From positions 31,773,873 through 31,809,970 of the forward strand of contig JANKJI020000002.1 of NCBI GenBank assembly GCA_024626585.2: DNA of 36,098 nucleotides. The letters are read 5' to 3'. The notes below the pieces were generated by a model. It searched no databases and was not told the DNA's origin. It was given only the letters and a program-made list of their open reading frames with translations. Both the position numbers and the translations under genes were made by a program. This stretch comes from Ginkgo biloba. Taxonomy: Eukaryota > Plantae > Ginkgophyta. This document shows positions 13,238 to 25,200 of the stretch, piece by piece (position 1 is the stretch's first letter; the number at the start of each line of letters is the position of its first letter).

Positions 13238-13390
13238 CACAAACTCAGCATTTCGTTCAGATTGTTGTGGAGAATCTTCCAAGAATTTATCATTTACTGC
13301 TTCGGATGTGGATAGCTCCTCCTCTTCACCAATGCCCTCAACATTCTCAGTTCCTGTTTTTCGCCCTCTAGGTTGATGCACAGACTTGCC
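13238..13390 (-). CDS. LARP6: La-related protein 6, penultimate coding exon (acidic linker)
   Basis: Acceptor TTTCAG|GGC and donor GTG|GTGCGT; 153 nt = 51 codons, phase 0 at both ends: GKSVHQPRGRKTGTENVEGIGEEEELSTSEAVNDKFLEDSPQQSERNAEFV. Flanking introns are 125 and 99 nt, and the frame joins both neighbouring exons. Confidence 0.88.
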
Positions 13391-13515
13391 CTGAAAGTTG
13401 TTCATTCATTTATTCAGATGTGCCACTGAACAGATCATAACATTGCCACAGCAACAAATGACTGCATTTCCAGAGCATCAAATACTCTATAAAAACAAAA
13501 TTTAAATTTGAATAC

Positions 13516-13584
13516 CATCCGCCTGAGTAGCAATCGCACTCGAAGGCCACTTCTCCAGTTTCTTTCATCATTGAGCTCTGCAAC
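13516..13584 (-). CDS. LARP6: La-related protein 6, exon encoding the end of the RRM (gene 5'-partial)
   Basis: Acceptor GGGCAG|GTT and donor ATG|GTATTC; 69 nt = VAELNDERNWRSGLRVRLLLRRM, matching the conserved plant LARP6 RRM end (NWRSGL[R/K]VRL). The contig ends 6 nt upstream at a 100-N gap. Confidence 0.93.
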
Positions 13585-13690
13585 CTGCCCNNNNNNNNNN
13601 NNNNNNNNNNNNNNNNNNNNNNNNNNNNNNNNNNNNNNNNNNNNNNNNNNNNNNNNNNNNNNNNNNNNNNNNNNNNNNNNNNNNNNNNNN

Positions 13691-13986
13691 GAAGTAATAA
13701 TCAATTCTTGAATGAGTGAGATAGAATGAAGAAAGAAGGCCTTATATAGGCTAGAAGTTGGGCATCTCGCTCCAGTTCCTATTCCTATCTAGCTCTTATG
13801 TTGTTGTTCCTATCTAGCTTTCCCATTCTCGTTTGGCTCCTAGTTTGTTTGCACTCTCATGTTCCTATCCTCTACTAAGTTTCCCTTCTATCCTAACTAT
13901 CAATTAATCATGGAAGATTGCATAACCAAATGCACAACAATCTAGCTCAATGGCATTCTCTAGGTTGAGGTCTTAGGGCATCCTCA
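13691..13986 (-). mobile_element. Probable LTR 5' fragment
   Basis: Minus strand starts TGAGGATGCCC, passes a purine-rich segment with repeated (CTA)GATAGGAA units, then a TATA-like CCTATATAAGG followed by a CT-rich tract, as is typical of LTR U3/R regions. No partner LTR seen. Confidence 0.4.
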
Positions 13987-16900
13987 AAGTTTTTTTGGCT
14001 TGAGCTCATCTTGCCTTCGTCTCAGTGTCCTCAAGTTCTGTAAAACATACCTTGACTCTGAGGGCATCCTTCTTGCCACCTAAAACTCCTTTTCATTCCG
14101 TCAAAGCTCAAAATCAAAATTTCTCCACAGTTTCCATTCATATGTCTCCTAATCCCTTTCAAATGTTCTTGTGAACTACCTCTAATTTTTTACTTTGTAA
14201 TCTTGATTTTTGCCTACTCTTTGCTTCTCCCACTCTTTGCCTATTGTTCTTTTCTCCTGCCTTTCCCTTTGAATTGTGCTTCCATTAATGACTCAAAGGA
14301 AGTTGTCACTAAAGGGGGTGACTAACGACACTATCTACGCCAAAAAATTTTATGCTACTCTTCGGAGTAGAATTCAAAAATTTTAAAGTTAGGCGAATGA
14401 TCTTGCAACCTAGTCAAAATAGGCCATTTTCTCCCTTACCATCAAATTACATGACACAAGAATTGCTTTAGCCAACTCTGAGAAGGAGTTGAGCAATTGC
14501 AAGAATGAAGTTGGCATGGTTAAAATTGGGTTGGACAACATCAAGAAGGAATTGGTGGAGTGGAAGGAGGTGTCCAAGAGAACATTTAGAAGAAGCAACA
14601 AGCATTGAGCTCTAAATTTGATCTAGTTATTGCAACACAAGAGCAAATCCAAAATATTTGACAATAGGTGATAGAACATAGCTCATGGGTTCAACTGATA
14701 AGGGGCCAAAAAACATTCATTATTGAAATGGTAGTGCAATCTAAGTTCAATGAAGAACAACTGACATGAATGANNNNNNNNNNNNNNNNNNNNNNNNNNN
14801 NNNNNNNNNNNNNNNNNNNNNNNNNNNNNNNNNNNNNNNNNNNNNNNNNNNNNNNNNNNNNNNNNNNNNNNNNGAACCATGAAACCCTAACCATCTTTTT
14901 ATGTTCGTAGGGATATGGATGAGCCAAGGCAATAGGCACTATAGGAAAGGGGTTGTTAGACACCCAATATGTTCATATAATATGAAAATAAATATATCGT
15001 CACATAAGGCTAATTGGTCGACAAGTTATGTTAATAAGTGGAGGGCTAAGATCATTGGGTTAGCACAATTAGATTCTTGTTTCCTTCATATGCCCATTGC
15101 AACTAACAGCCATATGGGAAGAATTCTAGTTTTTTATGGCATTGATCTTGATGGATAGTTGGTGTTTAAAATCTAACATTTGGACCCATGGCTAACATTG
15201 ATAAGGATGGCACATATTTGAATGGAGGGAAGAACCTATGATTAGCTTTTTGGGTAATTTCCAAATGAACAATTGTGGAATGAAGTCACCTAGCACTTGG
15301 GATCTTTGGCTCTGCCTCAGTGATTTCATGAATCAACAGATTTGGGTGCCACCTCACCCTCAATTAAGGAAGGTTGCATGCAGTGAAATTCCATGTGAAA
15401 GACCATTGGATGCAAATGAGTGTGCCAAAGGACTCAACTAGCAAACTTGTTCTTAAGCCCATGGATGTTAATACATAGCTAGCAATGGCAAATATTGTTT
15501 CAAACCTATCTATATTACCTAAATTTCCATTTGAATGGAGAGTCAAACCTTCGACAAAGTATTAATGTTTAACAGATGCCTATTGAATGTAATTTGTTGT
15601 GCAACATATAGGGATCAGTTTATTTCGTAATAGAGATGACAACCATGGCCTGGCAGCCCAAAGAGCCACCAACAAAATTTACCATGCATCTTATTCTTCT
15701 CCTTGTACTTCTTGTTGACCACAAATCCCCAAATTACGAATATAGATTTAACAGTGAGACTTCGAGCATCATCTAATAAGCGCATACACAACATGTGCAC
15801 GAAGATCATGATTACACAAAATTTAAGGTGTTGGTCAGGATTTCTTTCTTTTGTTTTGAGGTGGTGGAAGCAATATTTATGGGATGAAAACCCTTTGTTC
15901 ATGGCAGTGAGCAGAACCTAGTAAGGCCAAATACAACATATGCACAATGATGATGATAACATAAAATGAAGGTGCTAATTTTCTTTTTTATTTTTCTTGA
16001 AGGTGGAGTGGAGACGGCTCTATAGCATGAGGGAATCTCCATGCATGAAAGTGAAATAATGTTGATGATGGTTAATGTACCTAATCACCAATGGCCAACT
16101 GCCAAGAACATAACAAAACACTAATCCCCAAGGAACATCTGAACAATTTCCAAGTGAAGGTCGCTTCCATACTCATACAAAATGTATAACACTCACCACA
16201 TGCAATTACTGCTAATACTGCCCATCTTAGTAAATTCGATTCCTTTATATTCTGTTTGGCAAGTCAATATAACTTACCCCTCAAATTTCACCTAAAATCC
16301 TATTTGAATTCTTCATTCAAGACATAGTGGTTTATACATTCCTTCAGACACTTTAATGTCTAAACATTACATATGATGGCATTAGTACATTACCAAGAGC
16401 TCACAATATGTACTTAGGCATTATTCAAAGGTGCACTTAGACTTACGCATGCATTCCCCAAGACTTAGAATGCCCCACAGCATACCCCTGGACTTATCCT
16501 GGAGCTTCGTCTCGAATCTCTCTCAGCTACTATTGTTTATACTCGCATCTTTTGATACATCTAGACCTGGGAAGTAAATCATCTTCCAACTGCTACTTTT
16601 CATTCTTTCTTCTTGGATCTGCTGCCCCTATACACTACTTTTATTCTTACATCTACCCAGAGTTCTACTGTCCCTTCACACCTACGCCTACCTAGCGCAT
16701 ATTAGCACCTTTTCAAATCTGTATTTACACTGGTGACTTGCTCTTTCCCTGAGACTTTGCTGGACCATTGTTTACTTTTTGCTTTTCTTCTCATAGTTTT
16801 TTGGTTGGGTTGTTACAAGTGTCTTTAGTTTAAATTTCACTTCCATCCCATACCCGACAACAGTACTAAGCGAACCTCACAAACTGGGGAGAAAGAAACA

Positions 16901-17274
16901 AAAGTCTTGCTACTTCATTCTGCAATTGCTAACTCCTCCCTGCATTGTTAAATATCACCGTCTTTTCCCTTAGTAATACAAATCCCCACATTTTATCATG
17001 TTGAAATGAATCATGTCTTTCACATTCTCCTTTCTTGCAGCCGCATACTCATCTGAACATATTGGTGTAAGAAAATACACCTGTATCAACCCTTTACATT
17101 TATATTTGAGGTACTTCCGCCAGACCAAATATATTCACAATCGACAAGTTAAAAGACTTACTACATCAATACAATCTACCTTAGTCCAGACTTTCTATGA
17201 AGGCCTAAAACCATTAGCAAGCATAATGGTTTGATCAATTAATTCTACCATTGATCAAACATATCATGGGTGTC

Positions 17275-19370
17275 CCACATTCCTTGCAATGTCATTACAT
17301 TGTCAATCTAGCGACTTTTAAAAAAAGAAGCNNNNNNNNNNNNNNNNNNNNNNNNNNNNNNNNNNNNNNNNNNNNNNNNNNNNNNNNNNNNNNNNNNNNN
17401 NNNNNNNNNNNNNNNNNNNNNNNNNNNNNNNTTCACTTGTTCTTCCTATAGGCCATGCTAGAACTTGTAAGCCCACTAAGTTTGGGATGTGCATTTGAGC
17501 CTTTGGTTTAGCCAATTGAAATTCAATTATGGATAGAATATTAGATTATCAAGACATGAAGTGGGATGATCATAAGCATAAGTCAAAATATTTGATAGTT
17601 GCTTAACAACTTTTAAATATCAAGCAATGGGCTTCTACTTGTTTAGTGAAGCATTGGGTATCTCTCCTATTGACTCATTGATTATTTAATTGGATAATAG
17701 GAGCCTAATGGATTATGTTGCCTTCGACGATGGATTGTTTGAGAACACACTAAGATTTAACAATTTCAGTATTCTCGATGTATTAAAATGGTATGGTTAC
17801 GAAGAACATTCATGTGCTCATCCCTATGGGGTCATATTATGCATCTCGTTTATTTCACACTTCTTTCCTTTTATGGTTTCCCATCAATACTACATGGTGT
17901 TGTATCTAACTAACCTCAATTGCCTTGATTGACATCTCATCCTATTATTTGAATGTGTGAATTGCACCTCTAGCATCCTTATTGAGGACTTGATCATGAT
18001 AAGTCTTAAAGCAATGACTTATCTTATAAAAATGTAAAACATTGGCAAACCTTTCCATACACAATGAGAATTATACATTGATGACAAGCTAGTTATCTTG
18101 GGTTGCAAACTTCTCTTGCACATCAAACATACATCTTATAGATTAGCACAAATCACATCACTATATAAATACCAAAAAACTAGCACAACACAATCATTTG
18201 GATCATCAAGCTCATAAAAGAAGTAATAAACCTCACTCAGAAATTAATCCACATTGTAGCTTTGACACCATGAATAGAAGTAAAACACACAAGATTATGA
18301 ACACCATAGATAAGGTGCCAAATCCCCTTACATTAGATTGCTCCTTGAAGAGCTACAATTCTGTTATAATATCAAAGAGAAGGAGAAAAGGATAAGAGAG
18401 GAATGATTCACGGTCGTAGACCCTCTATTAAGTGATTCTACAATCGTATCAGTCCCGTAGAACATTCGACTTCATCACAAGCAAATTCTCTTTAGAATAA
18501 TTTATAAAAAATGGGGTGATGGGATGAGTGGATTTTGAGGGCAAAGGAAATATTATGGGAAATAAGTTACCAGATCTTAACAAATCCCTCCAAGTAAATA
18601 AGAAATCAACCAAGAATATGCCGGAGTCCTCTAGGGGAGATGAGTTCTCACTTTTCAAGCCAAAAGCAAGATGATTGTGGTGGTGATGTCAAGGTTCTTT
18701 GTCTAACTAGAATTGCTTCCTACCCCCTACTCGTCCACATAAGAATACTAATGAGCCCAATCCTTATCATGCTTCCCCTGGGAAACGCTCCAAATTTTAG
18801 AGTGCCTAACCACTTTAGTTGTCATCATAGTCCACGTATGAATATCCTAGCCACTATTGTTTATGGCTCAGATGTCATTACATTGTCAATCTAGCGACTT
18901 TTAAAAAAAGAAGCTTAAAAACTCTCTTTAAGGCTTGGCAATTGCCAACATTTTCCAGTCAAAACACTTGAAAAACACACCCTACTTATTCTGGAAACTG
19001 CTCTTCATGAAACATACAATAACAGTAGTCCATGTTTATTAATTGGATCAAGATTACTGCCACACATTCCTTCCAATGTCATTACATTGTCATTCACATT
19101 AAGAGAGTTTTCAGACTATCTTCGGTTCTTGAGAAAAAAAGAGTATTTATTTTATANNNNNNNNNNNNNNNNNNNNNNNNNNNNNNNNNNNNNNNNNNNN
19201 NNNNNNNNNNNNNNNNNNNNNNNNNNNNNNNNNNNNNNNNNNNNNNNNNNNNNNNNNNNNNNATTGCCAATATTTTCCAATCAAAACATTTGAAAAACAG
19301 ACCATACTTATTCTGGGAACTGCTCTTCACAAAACATAGCACAACAATAGTCCAATCGGATTAAGATTAC
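17275..19370. repeat. Local repeat cluster: exact 43-bp duplication plus diverged tandem units of about 200 bp or more
   Basis: 17289-17331 is identical to 18872-18914. CACATTCCTT[G/C]CAATGTCATTACATTGTCA occurs near 17276 and 19063. ATTGCCAA..TTTTCCA.TCAAAACA.TTGAAAAACA...TACTTATTCTGG.AACTGCTCTTCA...AAGATTACTG occurs at about 18941-19058 and 19263-19372. Confidence 0.85.
18259..18830 (-). mobile_element. Probable LTR end with adjacent PBS-like motif
   Basis: Minus strand reads ...CTATTCA|TGGTGTCAAAGC: a CA terminus at 18272-18271 directly followed by a two-mismatch version of the tRNA-Met PBS TGGTATCAGAGC. The distal LTR boundary is uncertain. Confidence 0.45.
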
Positions 19371-22300
19371 TGTTAAAAATCCCCATCCATATTTGCAGCC
19401 ACAATTCTTCTCCTTCCAGAAATATCTTGATTTGTGTGCTCTGATTACTGATTTCTGTAGCTTTAACACAGTGTTCCAAATAAAAGTATCCCACAAACAG
19501 CAGTTTCTAGAGCCACCAATAAGTTTATATATATGCGCCCCAACCTGATCAGTAGACTTTGAACGTAAATCCGCAATGTGGACATGAACGTGAACATAAA
19601 TCCGAAATGTGGATGGGAAACGGCACAACAATTGTAACTGCCTAGCAGTGAGTGGAAACAGAACCCAACAATGTATGTCCTTCCATATATAGAACTCACA
19701 TATGTTAAATGGAAGGAGAGGATGAAGCTTAGCAGATAATGCCATGATGGTGGTATCTGCAACACTGTATATCTAGATGCCATATTTATTAATGAATCAC
19801 GGCCTTCTTGTTTCTCAACACCACTGATTTTAGCATATGCAACTTACCACCCATCAGATGATTCATGACTTTCACAAATCCACAACAAATCTTTTAAGGA
19901 CCACGACATTCACCAACTTATTCTGCTTCAATAGCACTAACTCTCCTTAACATCTAGCTGCAGGCACCAGACCTTAAATAACTATTGCACGGTAAAACAA
20001 GACTGCAGAAACTGTACACAGTACCTCAAAAACCCAAGGTTGGAGTGTTCATCCAATGTTGCAATACCTCTGGCAAACTATCTATTTTCACCATGCTACC
20101 ATGAAACACATTGTGTTTCATGCCCAATTTTAAAAACAAAACATTTTGCCCCTGAAACACCTTCAAAACAACATTCAATATTTTGCTTAACATTGAGTTA
20201 AAAAACAAATGAAATAAAATGCAAAGCAGAAATTCAAGTCATAATTTCAAATTAATGGCATTATAACATATAACAATTGGTTTCTATGTCGAATTTTTAC
20301 AGTATTTGGTGGCACTAAATCTTAACTCTAGAAATTCTACATAAAAATGCATTCCCCATATAAAAGTCACAATTCATTTCACATTTCTAAAGTTGGTACA
20401 AAACATGTTTCACACCAATTTTTGAAGACGAAACTATGGTGTTTTGTGAAACTTGGTACAACTATGATTTTCACCTTAACAAATAAACAGGTGCCAGGTA
20501 TAAACACAGTTGAAAACTTGCATCTCATCCAAGTGTGAACCAAACAGGCCAATTACTAATGTCCAAAAATAGAAATTATATTAATGTCCACTAGTGACTA
20601 AGAAGCCAATGGGACTGTCAAAAGTTACATTCAAGTTAAAAATCAAGGGAGGGCCTATAGCCTCTCTAGAGAAGGGCATTGATTTTTGGCTGCAGATTTG
20701 CATTTCAAGGCATTTTGGATAGGGCGCTCCAAACAGGGTTGCAGAAAGGAGATGTTTTTCTCCACAAAGAAACTTTGTATCTTCAACCAGATGCTTTCAT
20801 CCGAGTGAGTCACTGAAGTTGTAAGTATTCTGTTAAACCCTAATTCTCTAGTATTTTTTAGCTATATCATAAATTAATACAATTCTGCATAGAAATATAA
20901 TTTTTTTTTTTCCTTTTAAATTGATGGTTGAAAGCCCTAATAATTTAGAATTAGACTCTAAAGACTAGGGCACCCTGGGTCATGAGGTTAGTTTACTACA
21001 ATTATGTGTGATTAATGATTTTGTATGTATGAATAAATGAAAAAAAAAAAAAAAAACAAAGTCCTACCCATCTNNNNNNNNNNNNNNNNNNNNNNNNNNN
21101 NNNNNNNNNNNNNNNNNNNNNNNNNNNNNNNNNNNNNNNNNNNNNNNNNNNNNNNNNNNNNNNNNNNNNNNNNNNNNNNNNNNNNNNNNNNNNNNNNNNN
21201 NNNNNNNNNNNNNNNNNNNNNNNNNNNNNNNNNNNNNNNNNNNNNNNNNNNNNNNNNNNNNNNNNNNNNNNNNNNNNNNNGAATCGGCTATTCAAATACT
21301 CAGTTTTTTTTAACGTTTTGTATGATCAATAAAATGTCAAGGGTTAATACTTTGATTTCATCACTTGCACTGGAGGGCTTGTATATATCCAAAAATTCAA
21401 AGCAATAGTTAATGCTTGAACTTTCACATTGATATTGTAATCATTCAATATAGGTGTGTTTGAAGTAAACTTGAAATTACAACACCATATCATTGGCTTG
21501 ATTGGCTAATCTATGTATCCTAGCATGGAATATTTGTTAGAAATACATGGTTAGATGATTTTACACACATCATGATTCATGGTATGAGATTATATTGGAT
21601 TGTTATGTATCACACCATGAACACGTGTGTTGTAACCTGTGTACTCCCATGCTTTTGCAATAATGTTGATGATTTAGGAGTGTAAGTCTAGAGATAGTTA
21701 ATGCCCCAAAAGCCAACAACCTCTCTAAAAAATCTTTAGCAATTGATTATAACCATTTACTAATGAATCAACCCTATATGTTCTCTAGAATCCCTTCAGT
21801 ATATAAACCAACTTCAGCAAAACTTATGCACATCACTTGCGGTATACAACTTCTCTATCTTTCACACCACTCAACTTATTCATTTTCCAGGCACTAACAA
21901 TCACCAAGGCTAGATGTAAAGAAACTCAGTCTTTTTTTTATACAATTTTTATAACTTGTTTTATTTGTGTTTTATGATTTTTTCCAAATTCTAACTGCAA
22001 AATAGACAATGCACAAAATAATATCAACAAATGCCATATATTGAAAAATTACATCTAACTTGAGATTCGGAATAAAAATTTAGAAACCATACCTTTGAGT
22101 GTGCACTTGAGTGTGGTTTCGTAATTTTTACTTCAACTTCCAATTCTAAACTATCATTGTTCTTTCAATTTTCATTATTTCATACTACTCGTGAAAGTCT
22201 CCAATCTACAAGCTTGTGGTTGAGTAATGCACAAAATAACAATGAGTTTAAGTATAATTATCAAGTTAAAAAAAATGTAATTAGTGTTTTCAATCATTGT

Positions 22301-24598
22301 AACTTTGCAAATATTAAATTGACAAATTCTACTAATTTGGCAAGTATACTCATTAATTTAAATTGCAATAATATTTCAAATTTTCAATTATATGTCAATT
22401 AGCATCTATCTTCAATACATAGACAAACTTTGAAACAAGAAATACTAGCAGCACAATGGCAAATGGATGTAGCAGATATTCCACAACTTATGACCATAAA
22501 GGTAGATACTAGACTTTATGAGTCTGTAACAGAGGATGTCAGAAAGTGTGTTGCCACTACACAAAAACACTAGACTCTATACCAAAACTCCAAAATCTGA
22601 TTCTCCAAATTCTTCTTTCCCATGTTTATCCACTACACAAATTTGAGCAATCTAATATCTTCTTTCAAAATAATGTTAGCCATTCAATATCCATGTGATG
22701 CAGAAATACAGGTCCAATGCCTTTCCAAACACAGATGCACAGGCTATCACAAAACGCTCCAATTTAAGAATCTCTCGGAGCATTCCTAGCCATCATTCCC
22801 TCTTAAGTTTAGAACAAACTTCATTGCAGGAAAAACTCCCAGTGTAAGGNNNNNNNNNNNNNNNNNNNNNNNNNNNNNNNNNNNNNNNNNNNNNNNNNNN
22901 NNNNNNNNNNNNNNNNNNNNNNNNNNNNNNNNNNNNNNNGGCATAAGTGGAGAATTCTTTGGCGATGTGTAATGTTACAAATAGTGAAGTACATGTATTG
23001 TTTTACAGAAAAATCCTCCGTCACTATTATTGTCATAGAGATTGGATTGAGACTTGGTGAAGCTGTCCATGATATTGCGAACCAGCAGAAGCCACATCAT
23101 TTTAAGCCATGGTGGATCCCAAATAAGGGCATTTGCATGCCTACACCTGGTGGAAAGCCCTGGCATAAATCTCCATAGTAAGCCCGTGTTACAACTTGCG
23201 TTTTAATTTCTCACCAAAAACATCTTATCTTGACATTCGGCCTTCATGAAAAGGGCAATATTCAGACACTATAATGAGTTCAATATATCTTGTTCAGTTT
23301 CTTTCACTTATTTAAAGTGAGCAAGCTGAACACAACAGGCAGTTGGCTAAGCAAAGTCCCCCGATTCACAACCATCATTAGGGCATGGTCAGAATTTTGG
23401 AGAACCGGATAGTGTGTTTGTCCTGCATGCTTCAGAGATTCCACAATACAAGCGTCTTAACGTTGAAAGAAAATTTGAGAGTTTACAGAATCTTCAAGCC
23501 ATGAAAGAAGCAACACAAAGCTCTCATTCATTCAACAAGAATTAGTATTCAGTTTTAGCTCTCTTGAAATTATCATCTTGAATTGCAAAAATATCCACTA
23601 AAAAGGATATTACATGACCATAAAATAAAACAATTTAAAACCTCAGTACTCAGTGAGAAAAGTCTTCCAAATTTCAAGCTTTGTTCCTCTAGTTAATCAT
23701 GAAAGACTGCATTAAGCTCAACAAGAATCAAAACTGCTCTTACATATGGATGAATGGACTCCACCTCTACTCTTTGGAGAGCCATTTCCTCTGCCCCAGG
23801 ACCCCAACCCTTGCTTTAGTGCACCATCCATGGTTGGCAGCTTGCTAGAGCAGGAGATGGAGAACCACTCAGTGCTGGAGGAGATGAGGAATCTGTGGAA
23901 TATAGCTTTGACCAGAGATGGCTTCATGTTTGAGGAGAAACAACGCAACTGGAACTCTGTTGTTTTGGCCCCATGGCCCTCAAGTTGTAAGTTCCTGCTT
24001 GTTGTGTCTGAAGGGTGGTCATATCAACATCTTTTCATCTGGTGACATCGCTAACATCCTTTGGGGGTGTTATTTGGCTGAATGCTGTGACATTGGGATG
24101 ACACCCTTTTGTTCCATGTTACTGAATCTCTTGTTGACAAAAAAGACTATGAGCTTTCATTTACTACACTGTGAAACACCCTTATGAGCCTGTGTTCCTT
24201 AGTATTTTTTACGGTTCATGCTTCTACAAGGAGGGTTCCCCCCTCCCAAGATGGAACTAGGAGGACAAATTTTCTAGATAGCAGAGTTCTCACTTCTAAG
24301 GGGCGTGCAGATTGCCTGCCATTTCCAAATAACCTTCTGCAAGAGACGTTGGACTGTGTGTTGAGCAATGCTCGGTGCTTATAAGAAATAGTGCATGGTG
24401 AACCCTCCAAGGGTGATCCACCATATATCGCTTGATCATTTCTGAGACATCACTTGTTTTTTCTACTTAACGAAACCATTTTTTAAATAGAAAGTAGATG
24501 TACAATGCTAATAAAGCTAGCTATTGTTTGCAGGCTCGTTGGCGATCACAAAATTCGGTAAGAAAAATGTAAAGACAGTGACCCTTGCAGACAAAATT

Positions 24599-25200
24599 TG
24601 TAAGCAGCAAAAGACATTGTACTAGACCTATGAAGCTTGTATAGAGGTTTAGACCCAGCGAATAGTTTTATCTGCTAGGCAAATAAGGTTCATGACATAA
24701 CCCTAATTAAAACCATTAGAACAAGTGGTCACCAACCTATTTCGGCCAAGAAACATGCACAGAAAGACATTAGGGAAACTAAGGAAGATTTAGGAAGGCT
24801 TGGCAGGTGACCCAGAGAATAGTGCACCCGCAAGGAGGCTACAATACTAAGCATTAAGTCGAAGGGAAAGTTATTAGGGTGTTGGCATAGTTGAGGCTTA
24901 CACAAATCTCTTGGTCAGCTTAAAATGTTACCCACTGGCCTACCTTAAGGCCATATAACCTAAGTTACCAAGAGATGAGAGTGAGAGTGGGAGAAGGGAT
25001 GGGTTAAGGTACAGAAAACGATAATTCAAAATTTTAGGATAAAGTGANNNNNNNNNNNNNNNNNNNNNNNNNNNNNNNNNNNNNNNNNNNNNNNNNNNNN
25101 NNNNNNNNNNNNNNNNNNNNNNNNNNNNNNNNNNNNNNNNNNNNNNNCAATGCTTATCCTTCCACTTGGTCTTCATCGATCTTCTATTAGGGTCATTACA
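24599..25200 (+). mobile_element. Probable solo LTR with 4-bp target-site duplication
   Basis: Termini TGTAA...TTACA form perfect 5-bp inverted ends, flanked by AATT at 24595-24598 and 25201-25204. An internal CATATAA TATA-like box near 24952 is followed by a GA-rich tract. Contains a 120-N gap. Confidence 0.55.

Noticed and set aside
17275-19372. CRISPR-like or snoRNA/miRNA array
   Set aside because: Only two to three long diverged units, with no constant repeat plus unique spacer pattern, no cas genes, and no convincing C/D boxes or known miRNA sequence; the context is eukaryotic.
19308-19783. 145-aa and 106-aa minus-strand ORFs as protein-coding genes
   Set aside because: No recognisable motif; the frames overlap, include a 22-bp direct repeat (19561-19582 / 19592-19613) and run into the tandem repeat.
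20696-20820. Plus-strand exon-like unit (TGCAG...GTAAGT)
   Set aside because: Stop codons in all three frames and no partner exons identified.
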